Positions 38,364-49,204 of a DNA stretch of 64,000 nucleotides are shown in pieces (within the stretch, counting starts at the first letter, position 1; each line of letters begins with the position of its first letter). The DNA is from an uncultured Bacilli bacterium. Lineage in GTDB: Bacteria > Bacillota_I > Bacilli_A > RF39 > UBA660. The position numbers were made by a program, and so were the translations under genes. The notes under the pieces are model-generated. The model was not told where the DNA came from, made no database searches, and was given only the letters and a program-made list of their open reading frames with translations. The stretch is from contig CANQKX010000001.1 of assembly GCA_947624565.1 (NCBI GenBank), forward strand, positions 44,587 through 108,586, written 5' to 3'.

Positions 38364-39485
38364 ATGAAGTTTAGCATTAAAAAAGAAATATTATTAGAAA
38401 ATTTAAATAATGTATCAAAGGCAGTATCAACAAAAAATGTTATACCTGTTCTTGGAGGAATTAAATTTAATTTAACTAAAGAAGGATTATTTTTAACAGC
38501 TACTAATAGTGATATAGATATAGAAAGTTTTATTGATAAAAAATATATAGATAAAATAGAATCAACAGGAACAATTATTATTCAAGGAAAATATCTTCTT
38601 GAAATAATTAGAAAATTACCGGATGGTCTTATTAATATAGAAATAATAGATGGATTAAAAATATTAATATATACTCAAAATTCAAATTTCAATTTAAATG
38701 GTATTGATTCATCAGAATTTCCTAATATAAATTTAGATATATCTACAAATCCTATTATACTAAGTAAGAGAGTAATAAAAAATATAATTAATCAAACTTT
38801 ATTTGCAACATCTATGCAAGAAGCAAGACCAATATTAACAGGAATTAATATAAAAATAGAAAATGATAAAATGGAATGCGTTGCAACAGATTCATATAGA
38901 CTAGCAAAAAAAGTGGTTAATTTAGATAATAGTGTAGATAATTTAATAAATATAGTTATTCCTGGAAAAAATATTGGAGAACTTAATAAAATATTAACTG
39001 ATGATGATGATAATGTTGAAATACATATATTTTCTAATAAAATATTATTTAAGTTTGATAATTTATTATTTCAATCTAGATTATTAAATGGAACTTTTCC
39101 TGATACTTCAAGATTAATTCCAGATGAATTTGAAATAGAGATAAAAGCTGATTTAAATGAATTCTTTGGTGTAATTGATAGAGCAGCTTTATTAACATCT
39201 GAAAAAGAGAAAAATGTAATAAAGTTTGAAACAAACAAAAATGAAGTAACTGTAAGTTCAAATACTCCAGAAATAGGTAGAGTAGAAGAAAAATTAATGG
39301 TTACTAAAAATAATGATAAAGAAATAAAAATATCTTTCTCATCTAAGTTTATGATGGAAGCATTAAGAACAATTAATAGTAAAGATATAAAAATATTATT
39401 AAATTCTGATATAAAGCCAATTATTTTAAAAACTGACGAAGATGATGGTTTAACACAATTATTATTACCTATTAAGACATATTAA
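38364..39485 (+). CDS. dnaN: DNA polymerase III beta sliding clamp
   Basis: MKFSIKKEILLENLNNVSKAVS...; three-domain clamp, 373 aa. Confidence 0.95.
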   Translation: MKFSIKKEILLENLNNVSKAVSTKNVIPVLGGIKFNLTKEGLFLTATNSDIDIESFIDKKYIDKIESTGTIIIQGKYLLEIIRKLPDGLINIEIIDGLKILIYTQNSNFNLNGIDSSEFPNINLDISTNPIILSKRVIKNIINQTLFATSMQEARPILTGINIKIENDKMECVATDSYRLAKKVVNLDNSVDNLINIVIPGKNIGELNKILTDDDDNVEIHIFSNKILFKFDNLLFQSRLLNGTFPDTSRLIPDEFEIEIKADLNEFFGVIDRAALLTSEKEKNVIKFETNKNEVTVSSNTPEIGRVEEKLMVTKNNDKEIKISFSSKFMMEALRTINSKDIKILLNSDIKPIILKTDEDDGLTQLLLPIKTY

Positions 39486-39600
39486 AAGAAAAAAATGTAT
39501 TTTTTCTTTTTTTATCCTAAAAATCGACAAATTTTGCGAAAAAAAGTGTTATTAATATAGGCAAATTATTATTTTTAATAATTTTAAAGGAGGGGATTTT

Positions 39601-40047
39601 ATGGAACAATATGAAATAAATTCTAAAACAATAGCTCTTATACCAATTGAAGAAAATATGAGTAAAGTAATTGAAGAGGATAATTCTTTTGTAGTAAAAA
39701 TGAAGACTATGGAAATTATAAAAAGAAGTTGTGAATATTTTGGAAGTACTTATTTAGGAAGACATATAGGAACAAAAAAATTAACTGGAATTTCTTATAA
39801 ATCTCCAATAATAATTGAAGAAAGTAAAAATATTATATATTTTCCAACTTCATCACCAAGACAAAATGAATGTATATGGATGTCATTAAAACATATATTA
39901 AATTATAAAGAAAATAATGGTAAATCAATAGTATTCTTTGAAAATGGTGAGAATATAGAAATAGATGTATCATATAATTCTTTTGATAATCAATACTTAA
40001 GAGCTACAAAATTAGAATCTATTTTAAGAAAAAGAAAAATGAATTAA
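39601..40047 (+). CDS. comK: ComK-family transcription factor (short form, 148 aa)
   Basis: Matches B. subtilis ComK blocks: YEINSKTIALIPIEEN ~ YEVNGATIAVLPEE; RSCEYFGSTYLGRHIGT...SYKSPIII...IYFPTSSPRQNECIWMS ~ RSCRFFGSSYAGRKAGT...SHKPPIMV...FLFPTLSSTRPQCGWIS; ISYNSFDNQYLRA ~ ISYNSFENQVYRT. RBS AAAGGAGGGG. Confidence 0.65.
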   Translation: MEQYEINSKTIALIPIEENMSKVIEEDNSFVVKMKTMEIIKRSCEYFGSTYLGRHIGTKKLTGISYKSPIIIEESKNIIYFPTSSPRQNECIWMSLKHILNYKENNGKSIVFFENGENIEIDVSYNSFDNQYLRATKLESILRKRKMN

Positions 40048-40183
40048 TACAAAAATAATAAATTTTTGTATTTTTTTATAAAAAAGTAAAAAAAAGCCCT
40101 ATTTTGTGTTATAATTATATTGTGTGTATAGTAGCATTATTTTAGTATAAAGGTGATAATATGGTCATAAAAATAGGTTTAAA

Positions 40184-41290
40184 ATGTTTCTAGAAAAAAT
40201 TGAACTTAAAAATTTTAGAAATTATTCAAATTTAAAATTAAATTTTGATAAAAATATAAACATTTTTATAGGAAATAATGCTCAGGGGAAAACCAATATA
40301 TTAGAAAGTATATATTTTTTATCAATTACTAAATCTCATAGAACAAATAAAGAAATCTTTTTGATAAAAAATAATGAGATTTTTTCCAAAGTCACAGGAA
40401 TTATTAAAGACAATTCAAATTTTTCAAAAAAATATGAAATTATTATTAATAAACAAGGTAAAAGAGTACTTATTAATGATAATCTTATAAAAAAGATAAG
40501 TGATTACTTATCTAATATAAATGTTGTAATGTTTTGTCCAGATGATTTAGAGATAATAAAAGGTACTCCTTCTAATAGAAGATCTTTTCTAAATATTGAA
40601 ATAGGACAATTAAACAATTTTTATATAAAACATTTAAATAATTATAATAGACTATTAAAAACAAGAAATGATTATTTAAAAAATAGTAAAGAAAAGTTTG
40701 ATAATGTTTATTTTGAGATATTGACTAATAAATTAATTGACGAAAATATAAAAATAATTAATTTTAGAAATGAATTTATTAATAATTTAAATAAATATAT
40801 TTCTAAAATATATAAAGACATAACAGGTAAAAAAAATATATACTTAAAATACGAAACTTTTATAGATATTAATTCAGAAGAAAATATGATTAAATCTATG
40901 AAAGAAAAATACGATAAAAATTTAAATAATGAAATATTTCAGGGGGTTACTCTATTTGGTACACATAAAGATGATTTTTCGGTATACATAGATGATATAA
41001 AAATAAATAATTATGGATCTCAAGGACAACATAGAATTGCAATATTATGTATTAGATTATCAGAGATTGAGATATTTAAAAAAGAAAAAAAGAAAAATCC
41101 TATATTATTATTGGATGATATATTCAGTGAATTAGATGAAATTAAAAAAAATAATATTATTAGATATATAGATAATGATTTACAAGTTTTTATAACATCT
41201 ACAGATATTGAAAATATAGATAATAAATTGCTTAAAAATTCAAATATTTTCTATGTAAAAGAAGGAAACGTAATAAGAAAGGAAGATTAG
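40184..41290 (+). CDS. recF: DNA replication and repair protein RecF
   Basis: Walker [15 protein letters not shown] and an SMC-like signature. Confidence 0.9.
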   Translation: MFLEKIELKNFRNYSNLKLNFDKNINIFIGNNAQGKTNILESIYFLSITKSHRTNKEIFLIKNNEIFSKVTGIIKDNSNFSKKYEIIINKQGKRVLINDNLIKKISDYLSNINVVMFCPDDLEIIKGTPSNRRSFLNIEIGQLNNFYIKHLNNYNRLLKTRNDYLKNSKEKFDNVYFEILTNKLIDENIKIINFRNEFINNLNKYISKIYKDITGKKNIYLKYETFIDINSEENMIKSMKEKYDKNLNNEIFQGVTLFGTHKDDFSVYIDDIKINNYGSQGQHRIAILCIRLSEIEIFKKEKKKNPILLLDDIFSELDEIKKNNIIRYIDNDLQVFITSTDIENIDNKLLKNSNIFYVKEGNVIRKED

Positions 41291-41294
41291 AGTT

Positions 41295-43214
41295 ATGACA
41301 GATAATAATTATGATGCTTCAGCAATACAAGTACTAGAAGGTTTAGAAGCAGTAAGAAAAAGACCAGGTATGTATATAGGAACAACAGATGTTAAAGGAT
41401 TACATCATTTAGTATGGGAAATAGTTGATAATGCAATAGATGAAGCTCTAGCTGGTTATTGTAAAAATATTGAAATAATAATAAATAAAGATAATTCAAT
41501 AACTGTAAAAGATGATGGACGTGGAATTCCTGTAGGTATACATAAAAAAACTGGAATATCTACCGTTGAAACAGTTTATACAGTACTTCATGCCGGTGGT
41601 AAATTTGGAGGAGGAGGATATAAAGTATCAGGAGGACTTCATGGTGTAGGAGCATCTGTAGTTAATGCATTATCAAGTTCAGTAGTAGTAACAGTTTATA
41701 AAGATGGAAAAATATATGAAGTAAAGTTTGAAAATGGTGGAAAAATAAAACAACCTTTAACTGTTGTTGGAGAATGTGATAAAAATAGAACAGGAACAAC
41801 AGTTACTTTTAAACCAGATGCAGATATTTTTGATACTGAAATATATGATTATGAAACATTAAAGGTTAGAACAAGAGAACTTGCTTTCTTAAATAAAGGA
41901 TTAAGATTAACATTAAGAGATGATAGAAAAGGTGATAGTACAACAGGAGAAACTTTTATTTATGAGGGTGGTATTAGTGAATATGTAAAATTTTTAAATA
42001 AAAATAAAACTCCTATTCATGAAGAAATAATTCATTTAGAAGGAGAAGAATCAGGTGTTATGTTCGAAGTTGCAATGCAATATAATTCTAGTTATACAGA
42101 TAATATATATTCATTTGTAAACAACATAAATACACATGATGGTGGAACTCATGAAGAAGGAGTAAAAAGAGCCTTAACTAGAATAATTAACAATTATGCA
42201 AGAAAAAACAATATATTAAAAGAAAAAGATGAGTCTTTAACAGGTGATGATGTTAAAGAAGGGTTAACAATGATTATTTCTTGTAAACACCCAAATCCAC
42301 AATTTGAAGGACAAACAAAAGGAAGACTTGGAAATTCAGAAGTTAGAAAAATAGCAGATAATGTTTTTGCAGGTGGTTTTGAAAGATTTTTAATGGAAAA
42401 TCCAGATGAAGCAAGAATAATAGTAGAAAAAACAATGACTGCTGCAAGAGCAAGAGTAGCAGCTAAAAAGGCTAGAGAATTAACAAGAAGAAAAAGTGAT
42501 TTAGATGTAGTTAACTTTGGTGGAAAACTTAATGATTGTAAAGAAAAGGATCCAAGTGTTTGTGAAATATTTATAGTAGAGGGAGATTCAGCAGGAGGTT
42601 CTGCTATTAAAGGTAGAGATTCAATGACTCAAGCAATACTACCTCTTAGAGGAAAAATATTAAATGTAGAAAAGGCAAGAATTGATAGAGCATTATCAAA
42701 TGAAGAAATAAGAACAATAATTACTGCCTTTGGTACAGGAATAGGTGAAGAATTTGATTTAAATAAACTTAGATATAATAAAATAATAATAATGACGGAT
42801 GCCGATGTAGATGGATCACATATTAGAGTATTACTTTTAACTTTATTTTATAGATTTTTTAGACCTATTGTTGAAACAGGCCATGTGTATGCTGCACAAC
42901 CACCATTATTTTCTATAAGTCATGGAAAGACTATAAAATATGTTCTTAATGAAGAAGAAAGAGATGAGTATATTGCTTCATTAAATCCTAATACAAAATA
43001 TGAAGTAAAGAGAATGAAAGGTTTAGGAGAAATGGATGCAGAAGAGTTGAATGAAACAACAATGGATATTAATAAAAGAGTTCTTAGAAAAATAACAATA
43101 GAGGATGCCATAGCTGCAGATGAAGCTTTCTCAAAATTAATGGGTGAAGAAGTAGAACCTAGAAGGCAATTTATAGAAGAAAATGCAAAATATGCAGAAA
43201 ACTTAGATATATAG
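41295..43214 (+). CDS. gyrB: DNA gyrase subunit B
   Basis: GHKL ATPase, TOPRIM (EGDSAGG), C-terminal ...ENLDI. Confidence 0.95.
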   Translation: MTDNNYDASAIQVLEGLEAVRKRPGMYIGTTDVKGLHHLVWEIVDNAIDEALAGYCKNIEIIINKDNSITVKDDGRGIPVGIHKKTGISTVETVYTVLHAGGKFGGGGYKVSGGLHGVGASVVNALSSSVVVTVYKDGKIYEVKFENGGKIKQPLTVVGECDKNRTGTTVTFKPDADIFDTEIYDYETLKVRTRELAFLNKGLRLTLRDDRKGDSTTGETFIYEGGISEYVKFLNKNKTPIHEEIIHLEGEESGVMFEVAMQYNSSYTDNIYSFVNNINTHDGGTHEEGVKRALTRIINNYARKNNILKEKDESLTGDDVKEGLTMIISCKHPNPQFEGQTKGRLGNSEVRKIADNVFAGGFERFLMENPDEARIIVEKTMTAARARVAAKKARELTRRKSDLDVVNFGGKLNDCKEKDPSVCEIFIVEGDSAGGSAIKGRDSMTQAILPLRGKILNVEKARIDRALSNEEIRTIITAFGTGIGEEFDLNKLRYNKIIIMTDADVDGSHIRVLLLTLFYRFFRPIVETGHVYAAQPPLFSISHGKTIKYVLNEEERDEYIASLNPNTKYEVKRMKGLGEMDAEELNETTMDINKRVLRKITIEDAIAADEAFSKLMGEEVEPRRQFIEENAKYAENLDI

Positions 43215-43230
43215 GAAGGAGTATAAAATA

Positions 43231-45675
43231 ATGGATCATAGTAGAGATAGATTAGAAGAAAACAATATAGTAGATGAAATAGAATCATCTTTTATAGAAT
43301 ATTCAATGAGTGTAATTGTATCACGTGCTCTTCCAGATTTAAGAGATGGTCTTAAACCTGTTCATAGAAGAATTTTATGGTCAATGTATGAATCAGGATA
43401 TACTCCAGATAAGCCTCATAAAAAATCCGCTCGTATTGTTGGTGATGTTATGGGTAAATATCATCCACATGGAGATTCAAGTATATATGAAGCAATGGTT
43501 CGTATGGCTCAAGATTTTAGTTATAGAAATATGCTAGTAGATGGTCATGGAAATTTTGGTAATATAGAAGGTTATGGTGCAGCAGCAATGCGTTATACTG
43601 AGTCTAGATTATCAAAAATTTCACTTGAAATGCTTAGAGATATAAATAAAAACACTGTTAATTTTAAACCAAACTTTGATGAATCAGAAAAAGAACCAGA
43701 GATTTTACCATCTAGATTTCCAAATATATTAGTAAATGGAACAATGGGTATTGCTGTTGGTATGGCAACAAATATTCCACCACATAATTTAGGTGAAGTA
43801 ATAGACGGATGTATTGCATATATAGATAATCCAGAAATAGACACAGCAGGATTAATGGAATATATAAAAGGACCAGATTTTCCAACAGGAGGAATAATAT
43901 TAGGTAATAGTGGAATAAAAAAAGCATATGAAACAGGAAGAGGAACTATTACAATTAGAAGTAGAGCAAGAATAGAAGAAGAAAAAGGAAAACACTTAAT
44001 TATAATCGATGAGGTTCCATATGGTGTTAATACAATGGAATTAAAAAATAAGGTTGCAGAACTTGTTCATAATAAAACTATAGATGGTATTGCTGATTAT
44101 CATACAGACTTAAAAAATGGTGTAAAAATTACAATAACATTAAAGAAAGATGCAAATGCACAAGTTGTTTTAAATAATTTATATAAACATACATCATTTC
44201 AAACAAATTTTGGAATAATTTTCTTAATGTTAGATCAAGGAGTACCAAAAACTCTAGGACTTAAAGATATTATTTCAAAATATGTTGAATATCAAAAAGA
44301 AATAATTATAAGAAGAACAAAATTTGATTTAGATAAAGCTGAAAAAAGAGTTCATATTTTAGAAGGATTAAAGATTGCTTTAGATCATATAGATGAAGTT
44401 ATTAAATTAATAAGAGGTTCAAAAACAGATGAAGAAGCAAAATCTGGTTTAATGAATAAATTTGGTTTAAGTGAAGCACAATCAGATGCAATTCTTGAAA
44501 TGAAGTTAAGAAGATTAACAGGATTAGAAAGAGATAAAATTGAAAATGAATTAAATGAATTATTAGATAAAATAAATGAATTTAAATTAATTTTAGCATC
44601 TGATGAAAAAATATATGGAATTATCAAAACTGAATTGTTAGAAATAAAAGATAAATATAGTGATGATAGAAGAACAAGTATAGATATGACAGCAATAGAT
44701 TACATTGAAGATGAATCTTTAATTCCAGTAGAAGATATAATTGTAACTTTGACAAATAAGGGATATATTAAAAGATTAACAACAGATACATATAAAGTTC
44801 AAAATAAAGGTGGAGTTGGAGTAAAGGGAATGTCTACTAATGAAGAAGACTTCGTTGAACAAATGTTAACTCTAAAAACACATGATCATGTTCTATTCTT
44901 TACTAATAAAGGAAAAGTATATAGAATAAAAGGATATGAAATACCTGAATTTTCAAGACAAGCTAAGGGATTACCAATAATAAATCTATTACCAATTGAA
45001 AAAGATGAATTTGTAAAAGCAATATTACCAATAACTGTTGATGATGATATTGCTACAAAATTAGTAACTTTTGTAACAAAAAATGGTCTTGTAAAACGTA
45101 CTGATATATCAGAATTTGAAAATATAAGAAAAACCGGTAAAATAGCAATAAATTTAAAAGAAGATGATGAGTTATTATTTGTTAGCTTAACAACAGGAAA
45201 TGATGAAATTGTAATAGGTGCATCAAATGGTAGATTAGTAAGATTTAATGAAAATGAAATAAGAATTATGGGAAGAACAGCAAGTGGAGTAAAAGGAATT
45301 GATATACCAAATGGAGTTAATTGTGTAAGTGCAGAAAAAGTAAATAAAGAAAGTGATATATTAATAATTACTGAAAAAGGTTATGGAAAACGTACGAAAA
45401 TTGATGAATATAGATTAACTCATAGGGGAAGTAAAGGGGTTAAAGCATTAAATATAACAGAAAAAAATGGAAATTTAGTTTCAGTAAAAAATGTTAATGA
45501 AAATGAAGACTTAATGATTATAACAAACAGTGGTATTGTTATTAAAATTCCAGTTAATCAAGTATCAAAGATGAGTAGAGTAACTCAAGGTATAAGATTA
45601 ATAAATTTAAAAGAAAATCAAAAAGTTACCACAATTGCTACTACAAAAGAAGAAGAAGAGACTATAAATGAATGA
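43231..45675 (+). CDS. gyrA: DNA gyrase subunit A
   Basis: Catalytic Tyr region (AAMRYTE), a QRDR-like segment ([17 protein letters not shown]) and a GyrA-box beta-pinwheel C-terminus. Confidence 0.95.
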   Translation: MDHSRDRLEENNIVDEIESSFIEYSMSVIVSRALPDLRDGLKPVHRRILWSMYESGYTPDKPHKKSARIVGDVMGKYHPHGDSSIYEAMVRMAQDFSYRNMLVDGHGNFGNIEGYGAAAMRYTESRLSKISLEMLRDINKNTVNFKPNFDESEKEPEILPSRFPNILVNGTMGIAVGMATNIPPHNLGEVIDGCIAYIDNPEIDTAGLMEYIKGPDFPTGGIILGNSGIKKAYETGRGTITIRSRARIEEEKGKHLIIIDEVPYGVNTMELKNKVAELVHNKTIDGIADYHTDLKNGVKITITLKKDANAQVVLNNLYKHTSFQTNFGIIFLMLDQGVPKTLGLKDIISKYVEYQKEIIIRRTKFDLDKAEKRVHILEGLKIALDHIDEVIKLIRGSKTDEEAKSGLMNKFGLSEAQSDAILEMKLRRLTGLERDKIENELNELLDKINEFKLILASDEKIYGIIKTELLEIKDKYSDDRRTSIDMTAIDYIEDESLIPVEDIIVTLTNKGYIKRLTTDTYKVQNKGGVGVKGMSTNEEDFVEQMLTLKTHDHVLFFTNKGKVYRIKGYEIPEFSRQAKGLPIINLLPIEKDEFVKAILPITVDDDIATKLVTFVTKNGLVKRTDISEFENIRKTGKIAINLKEDDELLFVSLTTGNDEIVIGASNGRLVRFNENEIRIMGRTASGVKGIDIPNGVNCVSAEKVNKESDILIITEKGYGKRTKIDEYRLTHRGSKGVKALNITEKNGNLVSVKNVNENEDLMIITNSGIVIKIPVNQVSKMSRVTQGIRLINLKENQKVTTIATTKEEEETINE

Positions 45676-45767
45676 ATAGTCTTTTTTTTACAAAAAGCGA
45701 ACAAAATATTTCCCGGGAAATATTTTACGAACAAAAAGCGAACAAAAAAATAAAAAATAATATTTAT

Positions 45768-45796
45768 TTGACTTATTTATATTAATGTAGTATAGT
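45768..45796 (+). promoter_or_regulatory. near-consensus sigma-A promoter driving the small SRP RNA
   Basis: TTGACT (45768-45773), a 17-nt spacer, then TATAGT (45791-45796). Confidence 0.5.
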
Positions 45797-45802
45797 TTTA
45801 AT

Positions 45803-45880
45803 GCACAACGGGAATATTGGAACCAGGTCAGGATAGAAATATAGCAGCCTTAACAATCAATTTTCGTGTGTGCTTTTTTT
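45803..45880 (+). ncRNA. ffs: signal recognition particle RNA (small 4.5S-type ffs/scr)
   Basis: CCAGGUCAGGAUAGAAAUAUAGCAGCC aligns position-for-position with the universally conserved SRP domain IV CCAGGUCAGGUCCGGAAGGAAGCAGCC (GNRA-type GAAA tetraloop, conserved flanks). The 5' GCACA pairs with the 3' UGUGC, followed by a U7 terminator. tadA follows it, as in B. subtilis (tadA-scr-dnaX). Confidence 0.65.
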
Positions 45881-45892
45881 GTGGAGGAATGT

Positions 45893-46300
45893 ATGAGTAT
45901 AATTAATATAGAAAAAGAATTAAATAAATTAATATTAAAAGCATTAAAGTATAATGAGGTTCCAATTGCAGCAATAATAATAAAAAATGGTAAAATTATA
46001 AGTAAAGCTTATAATAAAGTTAATAAAACTAATAATTTTATGGATCATGCAGAAATAATATCTATAAAAAAAGCAATAAAAAAATTAAAAAATTGGAGAT
46101 TAAAAGAATGCATAATGTATGTTAGTTTAGAACCTTGTGCAATGTGTAAAGAAATTATAAAAAAATCTAGAATAGAAGAAGTATATTATTTTGTTAATCA
46201 GAATGCTGAAAAAACTGAAAAAAATCCTAATTATAAAAAAATAAATTCTACAACTGATTTTTCAACAACATTAAAAAAATTTTTTGTTAATAGACGATAA
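45893..46300 (+). CDS. tadA: tRNA-specific adenosine deaminase TadA (CDA-fold)
   Basis: Zn motifs HAE(IISIKKA) and PCAMC. The start at 45893 (MSIINIEKELNK) has the RBS GGAGG; the track's start at 45866 would overlap the SRP RNA and its terminator. Confidence 0.8.
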   Translation: MSIINIEKELNKLILKALKYNEVPIAAIIIKNGKIISKAYNKVNKTNNFMDHAEIISIKKAIKKLKNWRLKECIMYVSLEPCAMCKEIIKKSRIEEVYYFVNQNAEKTEKNPNYKKINSTTDFSTTLKKFFVNRR

Positions 46301-46306
46301 TTATAT

Positions 46307-46400
46307 AATGTTCCACGTGGAACATTCAAATAATAAGTAACTAATGTTTCACGTGGAACATTGATAAAAATAAAAAATATAATGTTTCACGTGAAACATT
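46307..46400. repeat. three tandem 20-bp palindromes AATGTT(C/T)CACGTG(G/A)AACATT in the tadA-dnaX intergenic region
   Basis: Copies at 46307-46326 (perfect), 46343-46362 (one mismatch) and 46381-46400 (perfect, followed by GTTTTT). Centre-to-centre spacing is 36 and 38 bp. Confidence 0.6.
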
Positions 46401-46461
46401 GTTTTTAATACTGAAAATTAATAAAATATGATATAATTATATAGGCAATAAAGGAGGTTTT

Positions 46462-48060
46462 ATGGAATATCAAGCATTATATAGAAAATATAGACCAAAA
46501 ACATTTGATGATGTATATGGTCAAGAAATAATTGTTCAAACATTAAAAAATATTATTAAAAACAACAAATTAACACATGCATATTTATTTATAGGACCTC
46601 GTGGTACAGGAAAAACAAGTATTGCAAAAATATTTGCTAAAACAATAAATTGTTTAAATTCTAAAAATGGAATATCTTGTGAAAAATGTGAAATTTGTAT
46701 TAATAATAATCAAAATGAAAATATAGATATAATTGAAATGGATGCTGCATCAAATAATGGTGTTGATGAAATACGTGAAATAAAAAATCATGTTACATTG
46801 TTGCCAACTATTTCAAAATATAAGATATATATTATAGATGAAGTACATATGTTAACCACAGGGGCATTTAATGCATTATTAAAAACATTGGAAGAACCCC
46901 CAAAACATGTTATTTTTATTTTAGCAACAACGGAACCTCATAAAATTCCATTAACCATTGTATCTAGATGCCAATCTTTTGAATTTAAACCAATTCCTAA
47001 AAAAATAATAAAAGAAAGATTAAAATATATTTGTGAACAAGAAAAAATAAAAATTGATGAGAAAGCATTAGAATTGATAGCTTTAGATTCAAATGGTGGA
47101 ATGAGAGATGCAATAGGACTATTAGATCAGTTAAATTCATATTCAAATTCAAATATAAAATATGAAGATGTTTTATTACTCAATGGTAGAATATCAACAG
47201 ATGAAATAAATAATTTAATTTTAAATATAAAAAATAATAAATTAAAAAATGTGTTTGATATAATTGAAAATTTTGAAACTGATGGCAAAAATTTTATTTA
47301 TATAAGTGAAGATATAATAAAAATATTAAGAGATGAATTAATAATATATCAAACTGGAAAACAATCAACATTAATAAATAAAATAAGTAGTGAAAAAGCC
47401 TTTGATATAATCTTACTTATAAATAAATCTATTAATGATATGAAAAATTCAAAAGATAAAAAAATATTTTTTGATATTATGATTATGAAAATATATGAAA
47501 TATTAAATAATCAAACAAATGTTTATATAAATAATAATAAAAATGAACAGAAAGAAAAAATACAAAAAGAAATAACATCTGAAAAATTTGATACAAAATT
47601 ATATGAAAAATTAATGGAAATAAGACTAAATAATATTTTATCAAATGCAAATAAACAATTATTAATTGAATATAAGTCAAAATTTAAAAAATTAGATAGT
47701 GAAATAACTAACTTAGATCAATTAAAAATTGCTAATATTTTGATGGAGTGTGAAGTTCATGCTGGAAGTGATGAAGGAATAGTAATTACTACAGATATTG
47801 AAAATTTATTGATTGATATTTATAAAGAATTAGATATAATAGAACAAGTGATATCAGAAATTATTGGAAGAAAAGTAAAAATATGTGCGTTATTAAAAGA
47901 TATTTGGAATAATAAAAGACAAATATATGTAGATAAAATCAAAAATAAAGAAAAAATTGAATATATAAGTGAAGAAGATATAGTAAAAAAGATAAATGAG
48001 TTATATAATATAAAAGAAACAAATGAATTTGAAGATTTATTAGAGATAAAAGGAGAATAA
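46462..48060 (+). CDS. dnaX: DNA polymerase III subunit gamma/tau
   Basis: AAA+ GPRGTGKTS, Zn module CEKCEIC and a clamp-loader SRC motif. Confidence 0.9.
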   Translation: MEYQALYRKYRPKTFDDVYGQEIIVQTLKNIIKNNKLTHAYLFIGPRGTGKTSIAKIFAKTINCLNSKNGISCEKCEICINNNQNENIDIIEMDAASNNGVDEIREIKNHVTLLPTISKYKIYIIDEVHMLTTGAFNALLKTLEEPPKHVIFILATTEPHKIPLTIVSRCQSFEFKPIPKKIIKERLKYICEQEKIKIDEKALELIALDSNGGMRDAIGLLDQLNSYSNSNIKYEDVLLLNGRISTDEINNLILNIKNNKLKNVFDIIENFETDGKNFIYISEDIIKILRDELIIYQTGKQSTLINKISSEKAFDIILLINKSINDMKNSKDKKIFFDIMIMKIYEILNNQTNVYINNNKNEQKEKIQKEITSEKFDTKLYEKLMEIRLNNILSNANKQLLIEYKSKFKKLDSEITNLDQLKIANILMECEVHAGSDEGIVITTDIENLLIDIYKELDIIEQVISEIIGRKVKICALLKDIWNNKRQIYVDKIKNKEKIEYISEEDIVKKINELYNIKETNEFEDLLEIKGE

Positions 48061-48062
48061 TT

Positions 48063-48356
48063 ATGAATTTAAATATGTTAATGCAACAAGCAAATAAAAT
48101 GCAAAAAGATATGCAAAAGGCAAAAGAAGAAGTAAGTAAAATGACTTTTACATCTAAACAACCATTAGTTGAGGTAACAGTTAATGGAGATAAAAATATA
48201 ACAAATATCAAAATAAATGAAGAAATAACAAAAGAAGATATAGAAATATTACAAGATATGATTATGCTCGCAGTAAATGATGCTATTGGTCAAGCAACAA
48301 AAGCAATGGAAGATAAATTAGGCAATTTTGCTTCAGGCATTCCAGGTTTGTTTTAA
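48063..48356 (+). CDS. ybaB: nucleoid-associated protein YbaB/EbfC
   Basis: MQQANKMQKDMQKAKEE... typical YbaB; lies between dnaX and recR. Confidence 0.85.
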   Translation: MNLNMLMQQANKMQKDMQKAKEEVSKMTFTSKQPLVEVTVNGDKNITNIKINEEITKEDIEILQDMIMLAVNDAIGQATKAMEDKLGNFASGIPGLF

Positions 48357-48955
48357 TGAAATATCCAAATAGTTTACAACAATTAATAGAATGTTTTAAG
48401 TTGCTTCCTGGTATAGGAGAAAAAAATGCAGAAAGACTATCTTTTTCTGTTTTGAAATTTGATGATGAGCAAATAAATTGTTTTTCCAAATCAATAAAAG
48501 ATGTAAAAGAAAAAATAAAAAAATGTGTAATATGTAATAATTTAACTGAAGATGACAAATGTGATATTTGTAAAGATGAAAGTAGAAATAAAGAAACATT
48601 ATGTGTTGTAGAAAATACTAAAAATTTAATTTTATTTGAAAAAGCAAATATATATAATGGAAAATATCATGTTTTAGAAGGATTAATATCTCCACTTGAA
48701 GGTATAAATCCTGAAGATATAAAAATAAATCAGTTAATAAATAGAATAAAAGATGAAAAAATAAAAGAGGTAATACTTGCATTAACTCCTAGTATTGAGG
48801 GAGAAACAACTTCAGCATATATACTTAAAATGCTAGAAGGTTTAGATGTTTCAATAACTAAAATAGCATCAGGAATACCGGTAGGAGCAGATATGGAATA
48901 TTTAGATCCTTTAACAATTGCAAGAGCTATGGAAGGTAGAAATAAAATTTCATAA
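48356..48955 (+). CDS. recR: recombination protein RecR
   Basis: HhH followed by a C4 zinc finger (CVICNNLTEDDKCDIC) and a Toprim domain. Confidence 0.9.
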   Translation: MKYPNSLQQLIECFKLLPGIGEKNAERLSFSVLKFDDEQINCFSKSIKDVKEKIKKCVICNNLTEDDKCDICKDESRNKETLCVVENTKNLILFEKANIYNGKYHVLEGLISPLEGINPEDIKINQLINRIKDEKIKEVILALTPSIEGETTSAYILKMLEGLDVSITKIASGIPVGADMEYLDPLTIARAMEGRNKIS

Positions 48956-48995
48956 AAGTGTTTTTTATTCATAAAATGTATTGAGGTGGACAAGT

Positions 48996-49187
48996 ATGTT
49001 TAAATCAATACTAAAAATATTAAAAAAAATAATAATAAGTGTTATTGTTTTATATGGGTATAATTTAGTTACACAGTCTTTTAATTTAAATATACCCATA
49101 AATATAATAACAGTTGCAATAATGACTATGTTTGATGGTGCTGGTTTTTTAGGATTAGTAGCGTTCTATTTATTAAATTTTAGATAG
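48996..49187 (+). CDS. bofA: BofA-like small membrane protein (pro-sigma-K processing inhibitor family)
   Basis: Two TM helices. NIPINIITVAIMTMFDGAGFLGLVAF matches the BofA HVPINLVTTAISGILGIPGIAALVV. Position after recR as in Bacillus. The start at 48996 has the RBS GAGGTGGA. Confidence 0.55.
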   Translation: MFKSILKILKKIIISVIVLYGYNLVTQSFNLNIPINIITVAIMTMFDGAGFLGLVAFYLLNFR

Positions 49188-49204
49188 ATTAGGTGGTGGT
49201 AAAT

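Noticed and set aside
40150-40183. 10-codon mini-ORF ([10 protein letters not shown]) just upstream of recF
   Set aside because: It is too short, has no conservation signal and overlaps the recF RBS region. Most likely it is chance in the recF leader.
45803-45880. tRNA-like or riboswitch interpretation of the structured segment upstream of tadA
   Set aside because: No cloverleaf or anticodon arm can be drawn. The 27-nt stretch matches the SRP domain IV consensus almost position-for-position, so it is called SRP RNA.
46307-46400. Palindromes as LexA (Cheo box), Rex, CcpA-cre or TnrA/GlnR operators
   Set aside because: The half-site orientation or spacing does not fit: the Cheo box is GAAC-N4-GTTC, Rex is TTGTGAA-N4-TTCACAA, and TnrA sites are 17 bp. 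The parS consensus fits far better.
46301-46461. Expected SRP RNA between tadA and dnaX (Bacillus arrangement)
   Set aside because: No SRP domain IV motif is present here. The region instead holds three palindromes, and the SRP RNA signature is found upstream of tadA.
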